From positions 78,617-142,616 of the forward strand of contig NMRA01000270.1 of the NCBI GenBank assembly GCA_002633005.1: a stretch of 64,000 nucleotides of DNA, read 5' to 3'. Of the stretch, positions 51,473-64,000 are shown piece by piece. How positions within the stretch are numbered: position 1 is the stretch's first letter; each line of letters opens with the position of its first letter. Below the pieces are notes generated by a model. It searched no databases. It saw nothing but the letters and a program-made list of their open reading frames with translations, and was not told where the DNA came from. This DNA is from Phoronis australis (lineage: Eukaryota > Animalia > Phoronida). The position numbers and the translations under genes are program-made.

Positions 51473-54400
51473 AAAGTTGAGCAAGAGGCGCCATGACTAC
51501 TAGCACTGTGACAATTTTTCCCCATGTAAAAACAGCTTATCACCATCATCTACATGTTACAACGATGGCTTGTCAAAATACACATGCTATTTGCCCACAA
51601 TACATGCACACCACAAGCTTATAATCTCAGAAAATATCTGAAAACATAAGACATTCAGCTGGAACATGGTTAGTCATGTGATTTTTTTAATTAACATTAA
51701 CAAATTTCAGGGTATATTTCAATCATTCTATTTTGTGATACAAACTGTTCAACATCACAACAACCTCAATCACCTGAGAAAATTGCCTGTGCCTAATCTG
51801 AGAGGAATTTTTTGATTACGGGGAAAATTTATTGGAGGGCCTGATGATGGGAATTTGGCGTGATGTTTAAATATTTTCACTGGGGGAGGGCCGGCATTTG
51901 GCCCCATAATTGAGGCATAGAGGGCTTTCATGGAGTTGTAATCATGTAATGCTTACCAGCGAACCACAAGTTTTCAGCCAGGCAGAGTTATTCAAATTTC
52001 TCACATATCGATATTAAGTTTAATAACCTTAGGATCATTAGAATGTGGCAGTATTATTGGACCAATATTTTTATATTTCATTTGAGAAGCAAAGCAAGAC
52101 TGAGTATTTTGGTTTCAGGTGAAAATACACCAGAGTTACAGGATCATCCCCAGGCATCCAAATGTAATGAATCCCTCGCCAAATAAACACCTCTGACAAC
52201 TAGTGAGGTGGGAAAATGCCAGAAATTGAAACCAGGGGGGTATGAATTGAAGACATCCATTTGTAACCTGATGTCTGTGAATGTGTCTTATCTTCACCAT
52301 CATTAGGGTCAGGCACAGACTTCTACAGATTGTGTAATGTGTGAATTCAGCAGTAAACCTTGGTCAATGAAATGATGAATGAAACCAAGGAAGCTAATGT
52401 AATCTCTTTTCTTCAGTCCAAAAACAAAACAGTATACTCTGTTGAACATGTGAAATATCATCACATGATGTTCTTTTCTCCTCAGTAATGGATAGTTACA
52501 TAATGCACAACTGTAGCAAATATTTTCAACAACCTTCTTATCAACACTTCTCTGTCACAGCATAATTCAAATTTTTATGCCAATTTCACTGTCGGCAAGA
52601 TTGGTGCTTTGCATTAGCAGAGTGCTTCCCAAAAAGAGGAATGCAAACACAGTCTAGTTGACAGCAAATGCCAATCTGGTTGATCCCTTAAGAAGGCCTA
52701 AGAACACACACAAGCAAGCATCCTCTGATGAGGTCAGCACAAAAGCCTTTGAACGTGCACCAACCACAAAGGCAGAGTGAGCCCAAACTACGGAAATAAC
52801 GTTTCAAGCTATGAATTTCCCGCAAAAATAACACAAATGACCTATTTATTTACTACGAGCATTAAAAAGTAATTTACTGTGCATATCTTGGTGTTTTACA
52901 CTACACTAGATCTTGTCATGATAAGGGACTACCAAGTGACAATATTAATAGAGTGTTTAACAATTACATTGAACAAGTGGCTTTCAGACTAAAATTGATT
53001 GATAATTCTGAAGAATTCTATGAACTTGCTTCATCAAACGACCACAACCTGGTGACAACCAAAAGTCAACCCCAACAACAGGCAGTGTTAAGGGGAAATA
53101 ATTTCAAAAGTGAGCAATCAAACAAAATTTACTTTTTGGGGTTTTAACTCAATAAGCAATAGAGGCAGTAATCACTTAAACTAAACACAAGCAGTCAACA
53201 ACTCAGCACTTACCAAAATACCCTAAGAGCTCTCAATGACCATATAGGCTGGACTGCTACAGCTTACTTCCACCTTGTGCCAGACACTCTGCACTGACTA
53301 CAAGGCTGCAAGGACTTGTTGAAATTGATACCCTCCAGTACCAGGGGTTTATTGGATAAAACTCCAGGTCATGAATGCATTCGGTTAACTACCATAGAGA
53401 TTCATTGACCAACAATTTGCACTCATAATCAAATCTAACAGGACATGAATGGGAATTGTGCAAAAAATGTCTGGTTATGACAGAAATATTGCCATGGTAA
53501 CATTGACGGTGAATATGTGGTCTGATAGCCTAGTAATCACAAGACAGGATTACGCTGATTACTAGAGAACAAACATGTGAAAAACAGTTTATCTGATAAT
53601 GACATCTAGATTACGCTTTACAAACACGAAATGCATGGAGAATACTTGTCACACTTTGGATAAGCACGCAAGTCACATTCTCATGTTTGACATCAAAAAA
53701 TTTACAAATAACCCTCACGACTATGGTAAATCATGTTACACTGTGAGTTACCCTATAACAGGCAATAGTCGAATGTAAAGCGTCCATATTTTGAGAACCA
53801 GTTTGATGCCCTTTATTCAGGAGAGGAAACTGGTTCTCAAAATTCTGACAGGTTACATCCGACGATTTACCGGCCTATTACACTGGCTTGCAGCAAAACA
53901 TGCTGCCCCTACACTACACATCTTACAATGATGATGACGCAAAAGGGATTAACACACCTGGATGTACAAGCTGGAACAAACAAACTACGGTTGTGATTAG
54001 AGGAAAGGATTGTTACTCATGCCAAGAATTGACCTATCGCAAGCTCCACCTCCTTCTGAAATGTCGACAAACAAACAATAAGTTTTACCCGGCAATGTGT
54101 TGTTTGTCGGGTAAAATTGCGACTTGGAAACGAGCGTGTCAAGAATGCTGCATTCTGATTGGTCAGTTAAGCCGTCAATCAAAATCTTGCCAATAGGTCA
54201 ATTGTACGATGACACATGGCTCAACCTCAAGAGGAACATAATTCTGCAACATATAGCACGAGTCCAATTTTCAAAATTCAAAAACCGAATCTTGTGTTCT
54301 TTTCATGTACTCTTTCAAAGCGAAAATTAAAAAGTGCTATTATCGCGAATGTCAAAATCACCCATGTCTCAATTTTCAGACTGAAGAAAATCAAATTTCT

Positions 54401-55374
54401 GTAGGAGTTTTAGATAATGTTCTAAATTAGAGAACTTTTATGGTAATTACTTCCACCTTATCAGCTGGTTTGCAACCTGTCACCCCAAGCTGCAGTTGGA
54501 CAAGTTATCCTAGAACAGAACAGGTTACCCTAACGAGAGGTATAATTTCAGCATGCCCCAGTGCAAGTAGCGTCCCCACTTCTATAACTGCAGGTAGCCT
54601 TAACTCTTGCAGATTAAGTAAAGTGTTCCAGTGTCGCTGATAGTTTGGACAGCACTTAAACAAGTGTGAATTACCCACGAGAAGTTGAACAACTGCAAAG
54701 CTAATGCCTTGTTAGGCTATAAAATTACTCCATTTACAAAGACTTCAGAATGGTGTAATTGCTACACACTAGAGCAGTCTGAGGTCCCACCCCTGCTACT
54801 CTGTAATTTAGAGCTCTACTTACCAACGAGCTTGAAGAAAACCAGCCTGAAAGAGTTTGCAGGGGGAATTGCTAATTCACAAGATATAAAACTGTATTAA
54901 TTGTGAAAAATGTCCAAATTTGTCTAATTTTGGAACATCATATCTCAAAAATGGCTGTTCGAATTCATATGAAACTTTCAGGTACTATCCTTCATGCACT
55001 GTTATCCAATTAAACTTTGTTCCACTTTATGCACGAGGGGCTATAAAACAATAGGACATGTATGATTTTTATGAAGAAAATATTAAGCTGTATAAAACTA
55101 AATGATAATTAAAAAACTGTAAAGTGTTATTGTGATTTTAGTCATCATTTACATCGTATGAAATTTGCTCAGGTTGTTGATGCTGTTAGTTTGCTATGAG
55201 TGTACCTTTCTTTTTTACAAATGTTCTAAAAAAGCATGGTCTAATTAATGGCAGATAGGTATCAACTCCAACATCAAATTCTACGAAATTTCAGAAAATA
55301 TTTACTCGCAGGTTAATGCCCTGGGCGCTTACACTGGGAAACCCTGAGACAGGGGGTGGGCCATTACAATAAAC

Positions 55375-55740
55375 AATGCCCACTAGGTGGGGCAAAATAC
55401 CTCGAATCCATTTTTAAATGAAAAGATAGTTTCATTTCACCAATATATGTCTATCGTACAAAATTTCTGAAAATCCATGGAGGACTTTTGAACATACAGA
55501 GGTAAACGTAAAAAACTAAAATTGTCACTAGGGGGCCCACCAGTAGTCGGATCCATCCAAAAGTTCGTTCATGCCGTTCCATCTATGAAAAGAACACATG
55601 TGTAAAATTTCATGAACATTCATCAAAGGGTTTTTGAGATAGCGCAGCAGATGCCGGACAGATGGACGCACGGACAGACACTGGACAGACAGGGATGATG
55701 GGATAATGCGTCCACATATAAATATGTGGGTGCATAAAAA
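55375..55740 (+). mobile_element. 3' portion of the same HINE-like family
   Basis: Colinear with ~3620-3980: two CCACTAG-type units, a GGAC/AGAC microsatellite, and the terminal hairpin ataatgcgtccaca...tatgtgggtgcataaaaa. Confidence 0.88.
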
Positions 55741-55959
55741 TCTACGGAGTTGGCCTATATTAATTTATCAAAATACCACTTAATAAATTTAAGAAAAGGT
55801 GGTTACAGCACTTAAGTTACTCCATAAATGGCGGCTAAAAATGCACTTTTCAAGACTATCGGACGGAAGCATGCCATGTTTCCTGCAAACATGGACGTTC
55901 GAGCCCAAGGCATTAAGATGTGAACAAAAGCAAAAGTTCAAGTTCTGTTAGCGGTATTG

Positions 55960-56108
55960 GTTGGGGACGGGCGATTACCCGAGAAGCTGAAATTTACGCA
56001 GTGATGTATGGGCTATTACCCGAACAGTGAGCACTTACATCGAAATTTGGCAAAAGTCCGGGTTGGGCAATTACAAGAGCATGGGCATTAACCCGCAAGT
56101 TTACGGTA
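55960..56108. mobile_element. One end of a related Tc2/pogo-like element
   Basis: Repeated gggcnatta(c)ccg motifs ending in tttacggTA, like 43095-43124. Confidence 0.6.
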
Positions 56109-56167
56109 CTTTGCCGAGTTAAATTCTATAGTTTTGTAGATATTTGGCTAAAAATGCAGTCTTGTCG

Positions 56168-56305
56168 ATATTAGATCCTACATAACCATAATATTAGATC
56201 CTACATAACCATAATATTAGATCCTACATAACCATAATATTAGATCCTACATAACCATAATATTAGATCCTACATAACCATAATATTAGATCCTACATAA
56301 CCATA
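56168..56305. repeat. 23-bp minisatellite, 6 perfect copies (atattagatcctacataaccata)
   Basis: Contiguous identical units. Confidence 0.97.
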
Positions 56306-58944
56306 AGTCAGGAAATAGTCAACAAAGGCCCCACTTATAAATTGTATTTCATTACGCGAAAAAGCTACAATAACTGTCAAATTTCCCAGATTTTTTTTCA
56401 AAAATATAAGCTTCACATGCATATTTTTTAAAAGAACACTATTTTTCATTGTTGCCTGTAACATTTCTTTAAATGCATGAAAATTCAAACGCTAGTGTTT
56501 TATTGGTATTACCTCAGGGAACGACATTTCTGATTTTTGATTTTCCTTCAAAGAAGGGAGATAGCGCCAGTCAAAAAATGAAGCACGGAGTATTAAACCC
56601 CAGTGTAGTGCCATCTTTGAAAACCTTTATGCAGATTCATGTTTTGGAGTAGCAACTTCAAATTCTATACCTACAGTAAGTGATTAGTGACCTCAACACT
56701 AATTAAATAAACTGCATGCCAATTGTAACAACCGGATAATTTATTGTAAAAGTTTAATGAAAATAGACAAAACCACACACAGCTTGCAATGGATGCAATC
56801 CATGGATATCCGTGGCCCCTTGAGGCCACATTTCATGAGTTATAAAACTGAACTGGTCTCCACTGAATCAGTTGAGAATGCCTTCTACACTCCAGTGGTG
56901 AAGAATGGCCCTGCATCCTTCTTATAGAAAAGCACTGTCGACATCAATGATTGATAAATTCCCAAAAGATCCGCACTGATTCAAAATTAGATAAAAAGTT
57001 GTAAGAGAAGAACAGTTATTTTATTAGGCATCCCCTCTGGAGATGAGTATTTTAAATGATCAATCATCAGTTTCTTTGCGAAGGAATAAAAGACTACATC
57101 TTCAAGTGTCAACACTGCTCATGACGTCAATAAAATGCACAGCACTTTTGGTGAAGTTGTTCATCTCCATCATTAGCTTTGAAAACCATTTCCCATTATC
57201 CTGAGGATGTTTCTGTTTTGGGCCCATGCTGACTGTCCAACAGACTTTGCTAAAAGCCTGGTGCTTTGTTGTGATTTGCCTGCTACATTATCGAGCTATA
57301 AAGTAGATATTGTACTGGTATACATTCCAAGCGTGGTTTTAGAAAAATGCTGCTATGGGTCACTTGACTAAGAGACTCAGTCATTGAACATTAAACTATG
57401 ATCACAGTTCATCATTGGGGTTATTTGGTTGATGTAAACAGCTGTTTTACATGGAGTAAATAGGTACTGCAAGACAAAGTGCTCCTGCCCGGCAAGGTAT
57501 TAAAAGGTAGACTATGAATGATGCATTATGTAAAATAAACACCATTGAGCTCCAGTCTGACCACAAAATAAACATCAACAAAGGAAATGGTTATTTTTTC
57601 ATTTGATTTTCTGTTTTCGTTAAAAACTTAAATAAAAGCATTTGAAACTCACCATAGTGAGAACAGTATGTCCCACATAAATAAAACTTGTACCGAGCTT
57701 TTTAAACTTAAATGTAAAACTCCCTTGTGGATACTAGTAATGTCATTAAAAGAATTTGATTCCTCTGGTTGCAATTAATTTTGTTGGTGTGACTGTTGGC
57801 CAAATACAGCAACACTTTCAAGAACAAAAACTACATGAAAATATGTTTCTACCATCCAGCTTGACAGTGATTACATAACACAGCTATGTTATGCACACTG
57901 GCAATTGACCAGCAGCATATAAGAAAGTCTACTCATCCATGTATGCAAAACCTTCCCGTCTTAGAAAAACAAAAAAACAGCGATGACATCACAACCCTGG
58001 CCTTGGTTCCTTGACAAATTTTTGTTCCTTTTGTACCTGTTGCTAATTATATTTGCATTTTTCACATTACTTATGTATTTTGCTTCTGCTGATGTTTTGA
58101 CTCAATTCAAAACTTTTGGACATAAACGTGAATTGCTCAAGATCTTGTCTGTTTTCTGTTATTTTATTTTGGCCCAAAAGGACTGTCAAAATTCAGTTGA
58201 TATTTTTCTGAGGCATTCAGCCAATCAGCCATGACCACAATAGGAAGTACTGCCAAACATACTTACAAATTAGTTGGCTGAAACCATTCCAACAAAATAT
58301 TTAACAAATTTATCTTTAATACTTATTAGCCAAATTACAAGCATGTCTGTCAGTTACCCTAAAGTGACTTTTTCCATGCCCAGTGTTGGAAAATACTGCT
58401 GATATTAACTAATGTAGCAGATGTCTGTGACAGCTTAACTGGCAAATTTTCCTATCGATACAAGCATCCTAAGTAAGTTATTTGGCTGACTTTACAAGCA
58501 CAGTAAGGAAATAAAATTTCAGATTAAATGAATCCTTTCTAATGAAGCTACATTTCACCTTCTTTAGCTAACTTAAAGCAAAAAATCGAATTGGGCAACC
58601 CTAGAGCTGTGAATTTGAAAATGGTAAATGTACAAATTGATGTGACCAGAGTTGAAGGCTCATTCGGCCATGAATTCAACAATGACAGCTAAACAGCAGC
58701 GAAACGCCCCTTTAAAAATTTAGTGATCTGAATATAAGGAAGTGGCTTCATGACAAGCACATAATTGGTGCTCATCTTTGCTAGTGGCAAAGCCGTGTTT
58801 ATTTGGTTAGCAGGTATTTTAATAATCCAAAATCATACCAAAAATGAAAGAAAGCTTCATCAAAAGTTGTGAAGTGCAATTGACATTGTAAAAAGGAGAT
58901 TTATTGCTGGAATGACTTGAAATTAATCCATCCCTTACAAAAAT

Positions 58945-59410
58945 GAACTTAAATTTTTCTCTGAAAACTTAAGTTTTGGCGAAAAAACTCAAGTTTTTGA
59001 AAAATAACTTAAGTTTTAGAGGAAAAACTTAAGTTCTTCAGAAAAACTTAAGTTTTTAAAAGAAACTTAAGTTTTTAAAACTTAAGTTTTTCGCCAAAAA
59101 CTTAAGTTTTTCAGCACAATCTTAAGTTTTTCAGAAAACTTAAGTTTTTTCAGGTGTAAAACTTAAGTTTTCAAGAAAACTTAAGTTTTTTGTACTAACA
59201 AAACTTAAGTTTTTCTGATAACTTAAGTTTATCACAAAACTTAAGTTTTTGTAATTTTAAAAACTTAATTTTTCTGACTTCTTAAGTTTTTCGCAAACTT
59301 TAGTTTTTCCAATTATAGAAACTTAAGTTTTCCTGACTTCTTAAGTTTTTCAGAAAACTGGATTTCTTCATGTGTGGAAAACTTGAATTTTCTAAAAACT
59401 CTAAGGTTTC
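58945..59410. repeat. Array of ~20 copies of the palindrome AAAACTTAAGTTTT with short variable linkers
   Basis: The motif recurs roughly every 14-24 bp. Confidence 0.95.
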
Positions 59411-61354
59411 TATGTGATGAAAATTTACGTTTTCAAGTTTTTAAAATTTGAATATAGTGAGATGTTTAATTTTTGGTTCGAAAATTTTCCCATTATTTTC
59501 CAACAAAAAATTATTGTTTGCTCATGCAAAACCCATCATCTCATAAAAATGTTGCCCGAATGTTTCCTTAACATTTATATAGATACAATACATAAAACGA
59601 CGAACGTTTAACCTGGTAAGTACTGATTTAGTGCAATTACGTAATCATTATCACACGTCTTTGTGAATTTAAATGTAGACGAACATCCGATGACAAACAG
59701 CAGTAAGAATGCACCCAATGTTAATCCCGTGAGACACTGACCTGGTCAGTACAATGTAATCAATAGAATTCATGCAATTCTTAAAAAAAACGTAGTTATT
59801 GTGCAAGTTTCCTTTGTGTTGAGTTGTATTCGTAAGGCAGTTTCCACCGGAAGTCAACAGTTTAAATTTTATAACCGACAGTCAACTTCGAAGAAAAGGT
59901 GTGTGTTGGCTAGCTCGCGACAATGAAGTCTATATTACTACGAGCAGAGCCAGCAAGAAGATATTTCAGAAGTTTTGGAAGTCAGGTTAGTGCCAGACAG
60001 CGTTCTAAGATCGATTGGCCACAATCGGTGGTGTGATTTCCAACGAACGTGTTAAGTTCAGTTGTTAACTTATTGTCAGCCACTCAAGAGTTACGCTGTC
60101 ACATACCAACATGAACTTATTCTGTGTGTGAATTATCTAAACTTCTAACGCGTAATATACTTCTGGGGGTCCATCAGAGGAAGCCAACTCTATTATATTT
60201 CTGTCTTCTGAGGTTGTGTCCGTGTGACCAATGCAAGGAGGGGACTATCAAGGCAAAGTGCAATCATTTCCCAAATTGGGTATATTGGCATTGGTTGTGT
60301 GTGCTTATGTCTATGTTCGTAGTAATCCTTGGAAGCTCCAGATTTTGAAATCTCATATCACTACAGGTCAATAATTTGCAAGGTTCACTTGCCTCATCCA
60401 TGCACCCATCCTAAAATATGGGGGGTGCTCAAATTTTTGGGCATGTTGACCTTTTACTAAAAAAACAAGGTATGTTAAGAGCTGTGCACAGTGCATTCCT
60501 GAATTACTGCTTTTTAGTGGACTCGTGTCTCGTTTTCTCAATTTTTTTTGTTTCTATGAGGCTGACCTTTTCATGCCCACTTCGGCAAGTGGGGGGGGTG
60601 CTCGTTCGAGCCTCCCCTGGATGGGCGCATGTGCCTGGTTCTCAAAATTAAAGATCACCTATGTAACTATTGTATTGCCTATTTTGACCGATTTGCTCAG
60701 GTTTGTCGGGAGGATCTAGGTTATTGAATGCGAAAGGACATTCCGATCCCACTACTAGTACCCTATCTGGAATACCCCCCGCATAGGTCACAATGTACCC
60801 ATGTGAACTCTCACCAGTCAACATGTTAACTAGTGTAACGCACAGTGAAACTTGCATAATTCCTATCTAATTGCACCAAATAATTCAATGCAAATAAGGA
60901 AAATCTGTGTGATTTGACTTTGGGATTGAGTATGTGCTTTCGAATTTTTACCGGGTTGTGGAATACTAGAATGTCGCAAAAGTTTGCATTTTCAAACTTA
61001 AAATTTTCACATTCAATGCGAGTCCGACTGGTTTTATTGAAATCAAATATTTCAGTGTCATGGTGAAAGTGATAGTTAATCTGGGTACAACTTTACCTAG
61101 GAGTTGGGTTGAGTTGAATACGGACTGACTAGAATGATCTCCCCATGTCTGTGGGGGCATATTCTTTTCCCTCTAGAAATTTGCTTGGAACCTCAATTTA
61201 ATATCTTTGCAAATGTCAGCCAGTAAAGTGATTGGTAGGAGTACAGGATATAGTATTTTTATGTTTACTGTAGTATATGAGATAATAATTTTATTTTTAC
61301 TGTAAACCATTATGGTTACGTAAGACCTCTAGTGAAGACCATGCCAGTATCTTC

Positions 61355-61508
61355 AATGGTGGATTCAGAGGACAGCTAAGGGGCCATGGCCCCGGCCCCC
61401 TAAAACGCTACAAGATCAGTTGGCAGTTGGGGGGGCAGGGGGTGAATGTCTGATGGGCAAAACCCTACTCTGCCCTAACCCCCCAACTCAAAATCCTGGA
61501 TCTGCCCG
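61355..61508. mobile_element. Short GC-rich MITE remnant (ca.tgg.ggatt/cag...ctggatctgcc type)
   Basis: caatggtggattcag and ctggatctgccc form imperfect inverted ends around a G/C-tract interior. Confidence 0.45.
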
Positions 61509-62835
61509 ACAGCCCCTGATCTTTACATGGATAACATTCCTTGTAAATGGGTTATGTCTGGATTCTTAAGAAGCTATCACATACTGTTATGTTTGATAAT
61601 ATCTCATTGTTTTCAGGTCTCTATTAACTTGGCGGAGTACTTGGAAGAACTAGACATCCAAACATTTGCATCCCAACAATCACCCAGGGGTGGTATTGGG
61701 CTGTTTACATCCACATGACAGGTAGAGCTTCATATGTTTCATTGTTGAGTTAAAAACAGTGCTGCTATCACGGTTTGAATTTGAAACAATATGAAATATG
61801 TCCTTGGCTTAGCCAATGGGCTTATAAACTTTAACAAGCTCAGTGATTCTTATAGCCATTTGGTCAAGTCGATGTAAAGCTTCTTGGTTTTGCTATAAGT
61901 TTCAAAAAGTACACGCGGAAGTATACATGTGAGATTAAACTTTCAGTTCTAACCCTGGTTGTGCCGGCTAAATGTCCATGAAACATTAGTAAGTTCCTAT
62001 GCTGGCTGGAGACAGCTAGTTAGAATACAACTAGCTCTGCTCATTATGTAGATTTGTGCATTTTCTTACCAGATTAACGAAATAAACAATGAAAAGTTCA
62101 TAAAAATAATGGGAATTGTGGTTTATTGCAGTTGCTAACAGTTTCATCATTTGATAAAAACATTAATTAAATTTGCCATAGAACTTGAACTAAAAAGTTA
62201 CAGAACACGATACCTGGTTAGCCTGAAGTCCAACTTTTATTAACACATTAAGTTTTGTCATATGCATGGTTTCTTCTAGATTGTGATAGCATGATAGGTG
62301 ACCATGTGCATGTTTTGTATTCAAGTTGTATAGAATAAATTGTTTTGAATGTCGCGAATCCAGGATTAAAAATTCATTCAAAACAGTATGTGGAAAACTG
62401 ACCCACTGCAGTGCATGCTTGAAGTAAACTTGCAGACTAGTCTTGCACATGAATCCTTGAGTGATTGATTAAATTTTGAGTTTGAAGACTATTTTCTAGG
62501 CTCTGTATATAAGTCAGGAAGTTTTACAAATCAGTGTTGTATAAACAGCACGATAAATATCCAGCAAGTTAAGTTGTCTTATTCTGATAGCTTTTACCCG
62601 TCTTATTAAAATTTGTTGTCTTTATTGCAGAGTGTGCCTTCAACAATCGTCGGATAAGGAAGGCTACCCAGACAACACAACGTACGCACTTACGAACTGC
62701 AGCTCATGAACCTATGAATTCAGTTATCTGAGCTCAGAAATGCACGTTTGTAGTCACAAAGCATGGATTATTTGCCTGTGAAGCTAAGTGAGCAGATCCA
62801 GCTAAAGAAGATTAAATGGCTTGTGGTCTACCATA

Positions 62836-63333
62836 GGGCCCTTTCACATTGACTTAACTCTTGTCTGAGCGGAGCATCGGCGTATACTGCAAAGTTAACT
62901 GGACCGTTCATTCTGGCTTCGGTAGTTAATGAACTTCAAAGTAAACAGGAGGTGATGCTGTCGTGATCAAAGGTATCGCAAGGTAGCACTGCACGCTAAG
63001 ATGTGACAACTTGGGAACATTTACATGTGTTAATTGACATAAAACTTATTTTTAAATTGATTGGTGATTATTAGAGCAAGGAATAAGCAACTATTAGCCA
63101 TCGCAGTACTATGCAATTGTTAATGATAACAGTGGCCCCTGGCAATAACTTCGATAGGACCGAAGTTAATCATTTATACTGCACGGCAGCGTTGACGCTA
63201 AGCAATTAAATCTGCCTGTTTAGTGAGAAGTTAACTGGCGCTGTAAACTTTCTTCCAGGACCAAAGTTTAAGTGTTCATACTGACATTAACTCCCAAAAA
63301 CTTTGACGCGTCGATGTTAGTATGAAAGGCCCT
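62836..63333. mobile_element. PIF/Harbinger-like MITE, family B copy 3
   Basis: ATA|GGGCCCTTTCAC...GTATGAAAGGCCCT|ATA, giving a TIR and a 3-bp TSD. Confidence 0.85.
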
Positions 63334-64000
63334 ATAGATATGTGTATGAAGTTCAGTAGCTTTAAATTAAAGGAAAAAGAACATTTTTGTGGTCAAAGGT
63401 CTAAGTTTTCTAATTTCCATCTCATATAACCAGGTTGCACTTAGGGTTACTTTTAGTGAAACTTGTTCGCACCATGGACTGTATTGGATTTACTGTTATT
63501 ATGATTGTCAACAAAACGAAACGACATTTAAATTGATAGTTTTAAGGTTGAAAACAATTATAGGTGATTCTAAGCACTATTTCTAGCATAAGGATTATAC
63601 TTCCCAAAATCAGACCTGTGGCCATTGTCAATAAATTTTTAGTTACCTGTTACGTTTTATGTTATGCTTTTGTCTTTGCGAATATTCTTGGATTTTGCAT
63701 ATTAAGTGATTTGTTATTCTTGGTGTCATTGCTGTAATTTTAGTTGAAAAAGTCTGCTGTTGAAACGTAGACTTTTGTTGTAGTCCTTACTGGCTATGTA
63801 ATCACATTTTCTTTGGTTGTGTTTCATGACTTGGTAGTGATTTCTCTGTTTGTACATTCCATTTTGCTCCCTCAGTTATCGCATAATTGTCATAGACTGA
63901 GAACGATGCAAATATGAATATATTATTAGCCTCATTTAGTTTTCACTGCATTGTATGCATGACACTTGATGAACTGATTTTTGAAATGTTTCTGGTTTTT

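Noticed and set aside
56790-57460. Possible decayed transposase fragment
   Set aside because: It looks faintly coding-like, but I could not recover a sustained frame or any recognisable motif.
58945-59410. Palindromic repeat with variable linkers as a CRISPR array
   Set aside because: The repeat is only 14 bp and the linkers are about 0-10 bp, far below CRISPR dimensions. There is no leader or cas gene.

Overview
Eukaryotic (metazoan, probably invertebrate) AT-rich genomic DNA, not prokaryotic. The only gene I can support is the 5' part of an SLC1-family glutamate transporter (EAAT2/SLC1A2-like) on the minus strand. It has six coding exons between 11542 and the window start, all joined by phase-compatible GT-AG introns. 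Its ATG exon is preceded by a splice acceptor, so some or all of the upstream ~52 kb is probably 5'-UTR intron. The rest is non-coding and rich in non-autonomous DNA transposons (Helentron-associated/pearl-like, two Harbinger-like families, hAT-like, P-like foldback, Tc2/pogo-like, Kolobok-like), Penelope-like remnants with hammerhead-ribozyme motifs, minisatellites and palindrome arrays. A ~935-bp duplication around a single N looks like an assembly artefact. The most notable observations are a mobile element whose internal higher-order tandem array carries a CTCF-like motif about every 145 bp, an inverted pair of hammerhead motifs, a hammerhead-like core with a G3/C8 swap, and a decayed intron-less coding-like island of unknown origin. 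Most ORFs in the supplied track are noise. All coordinates and translations were read by eye; no searches were run.
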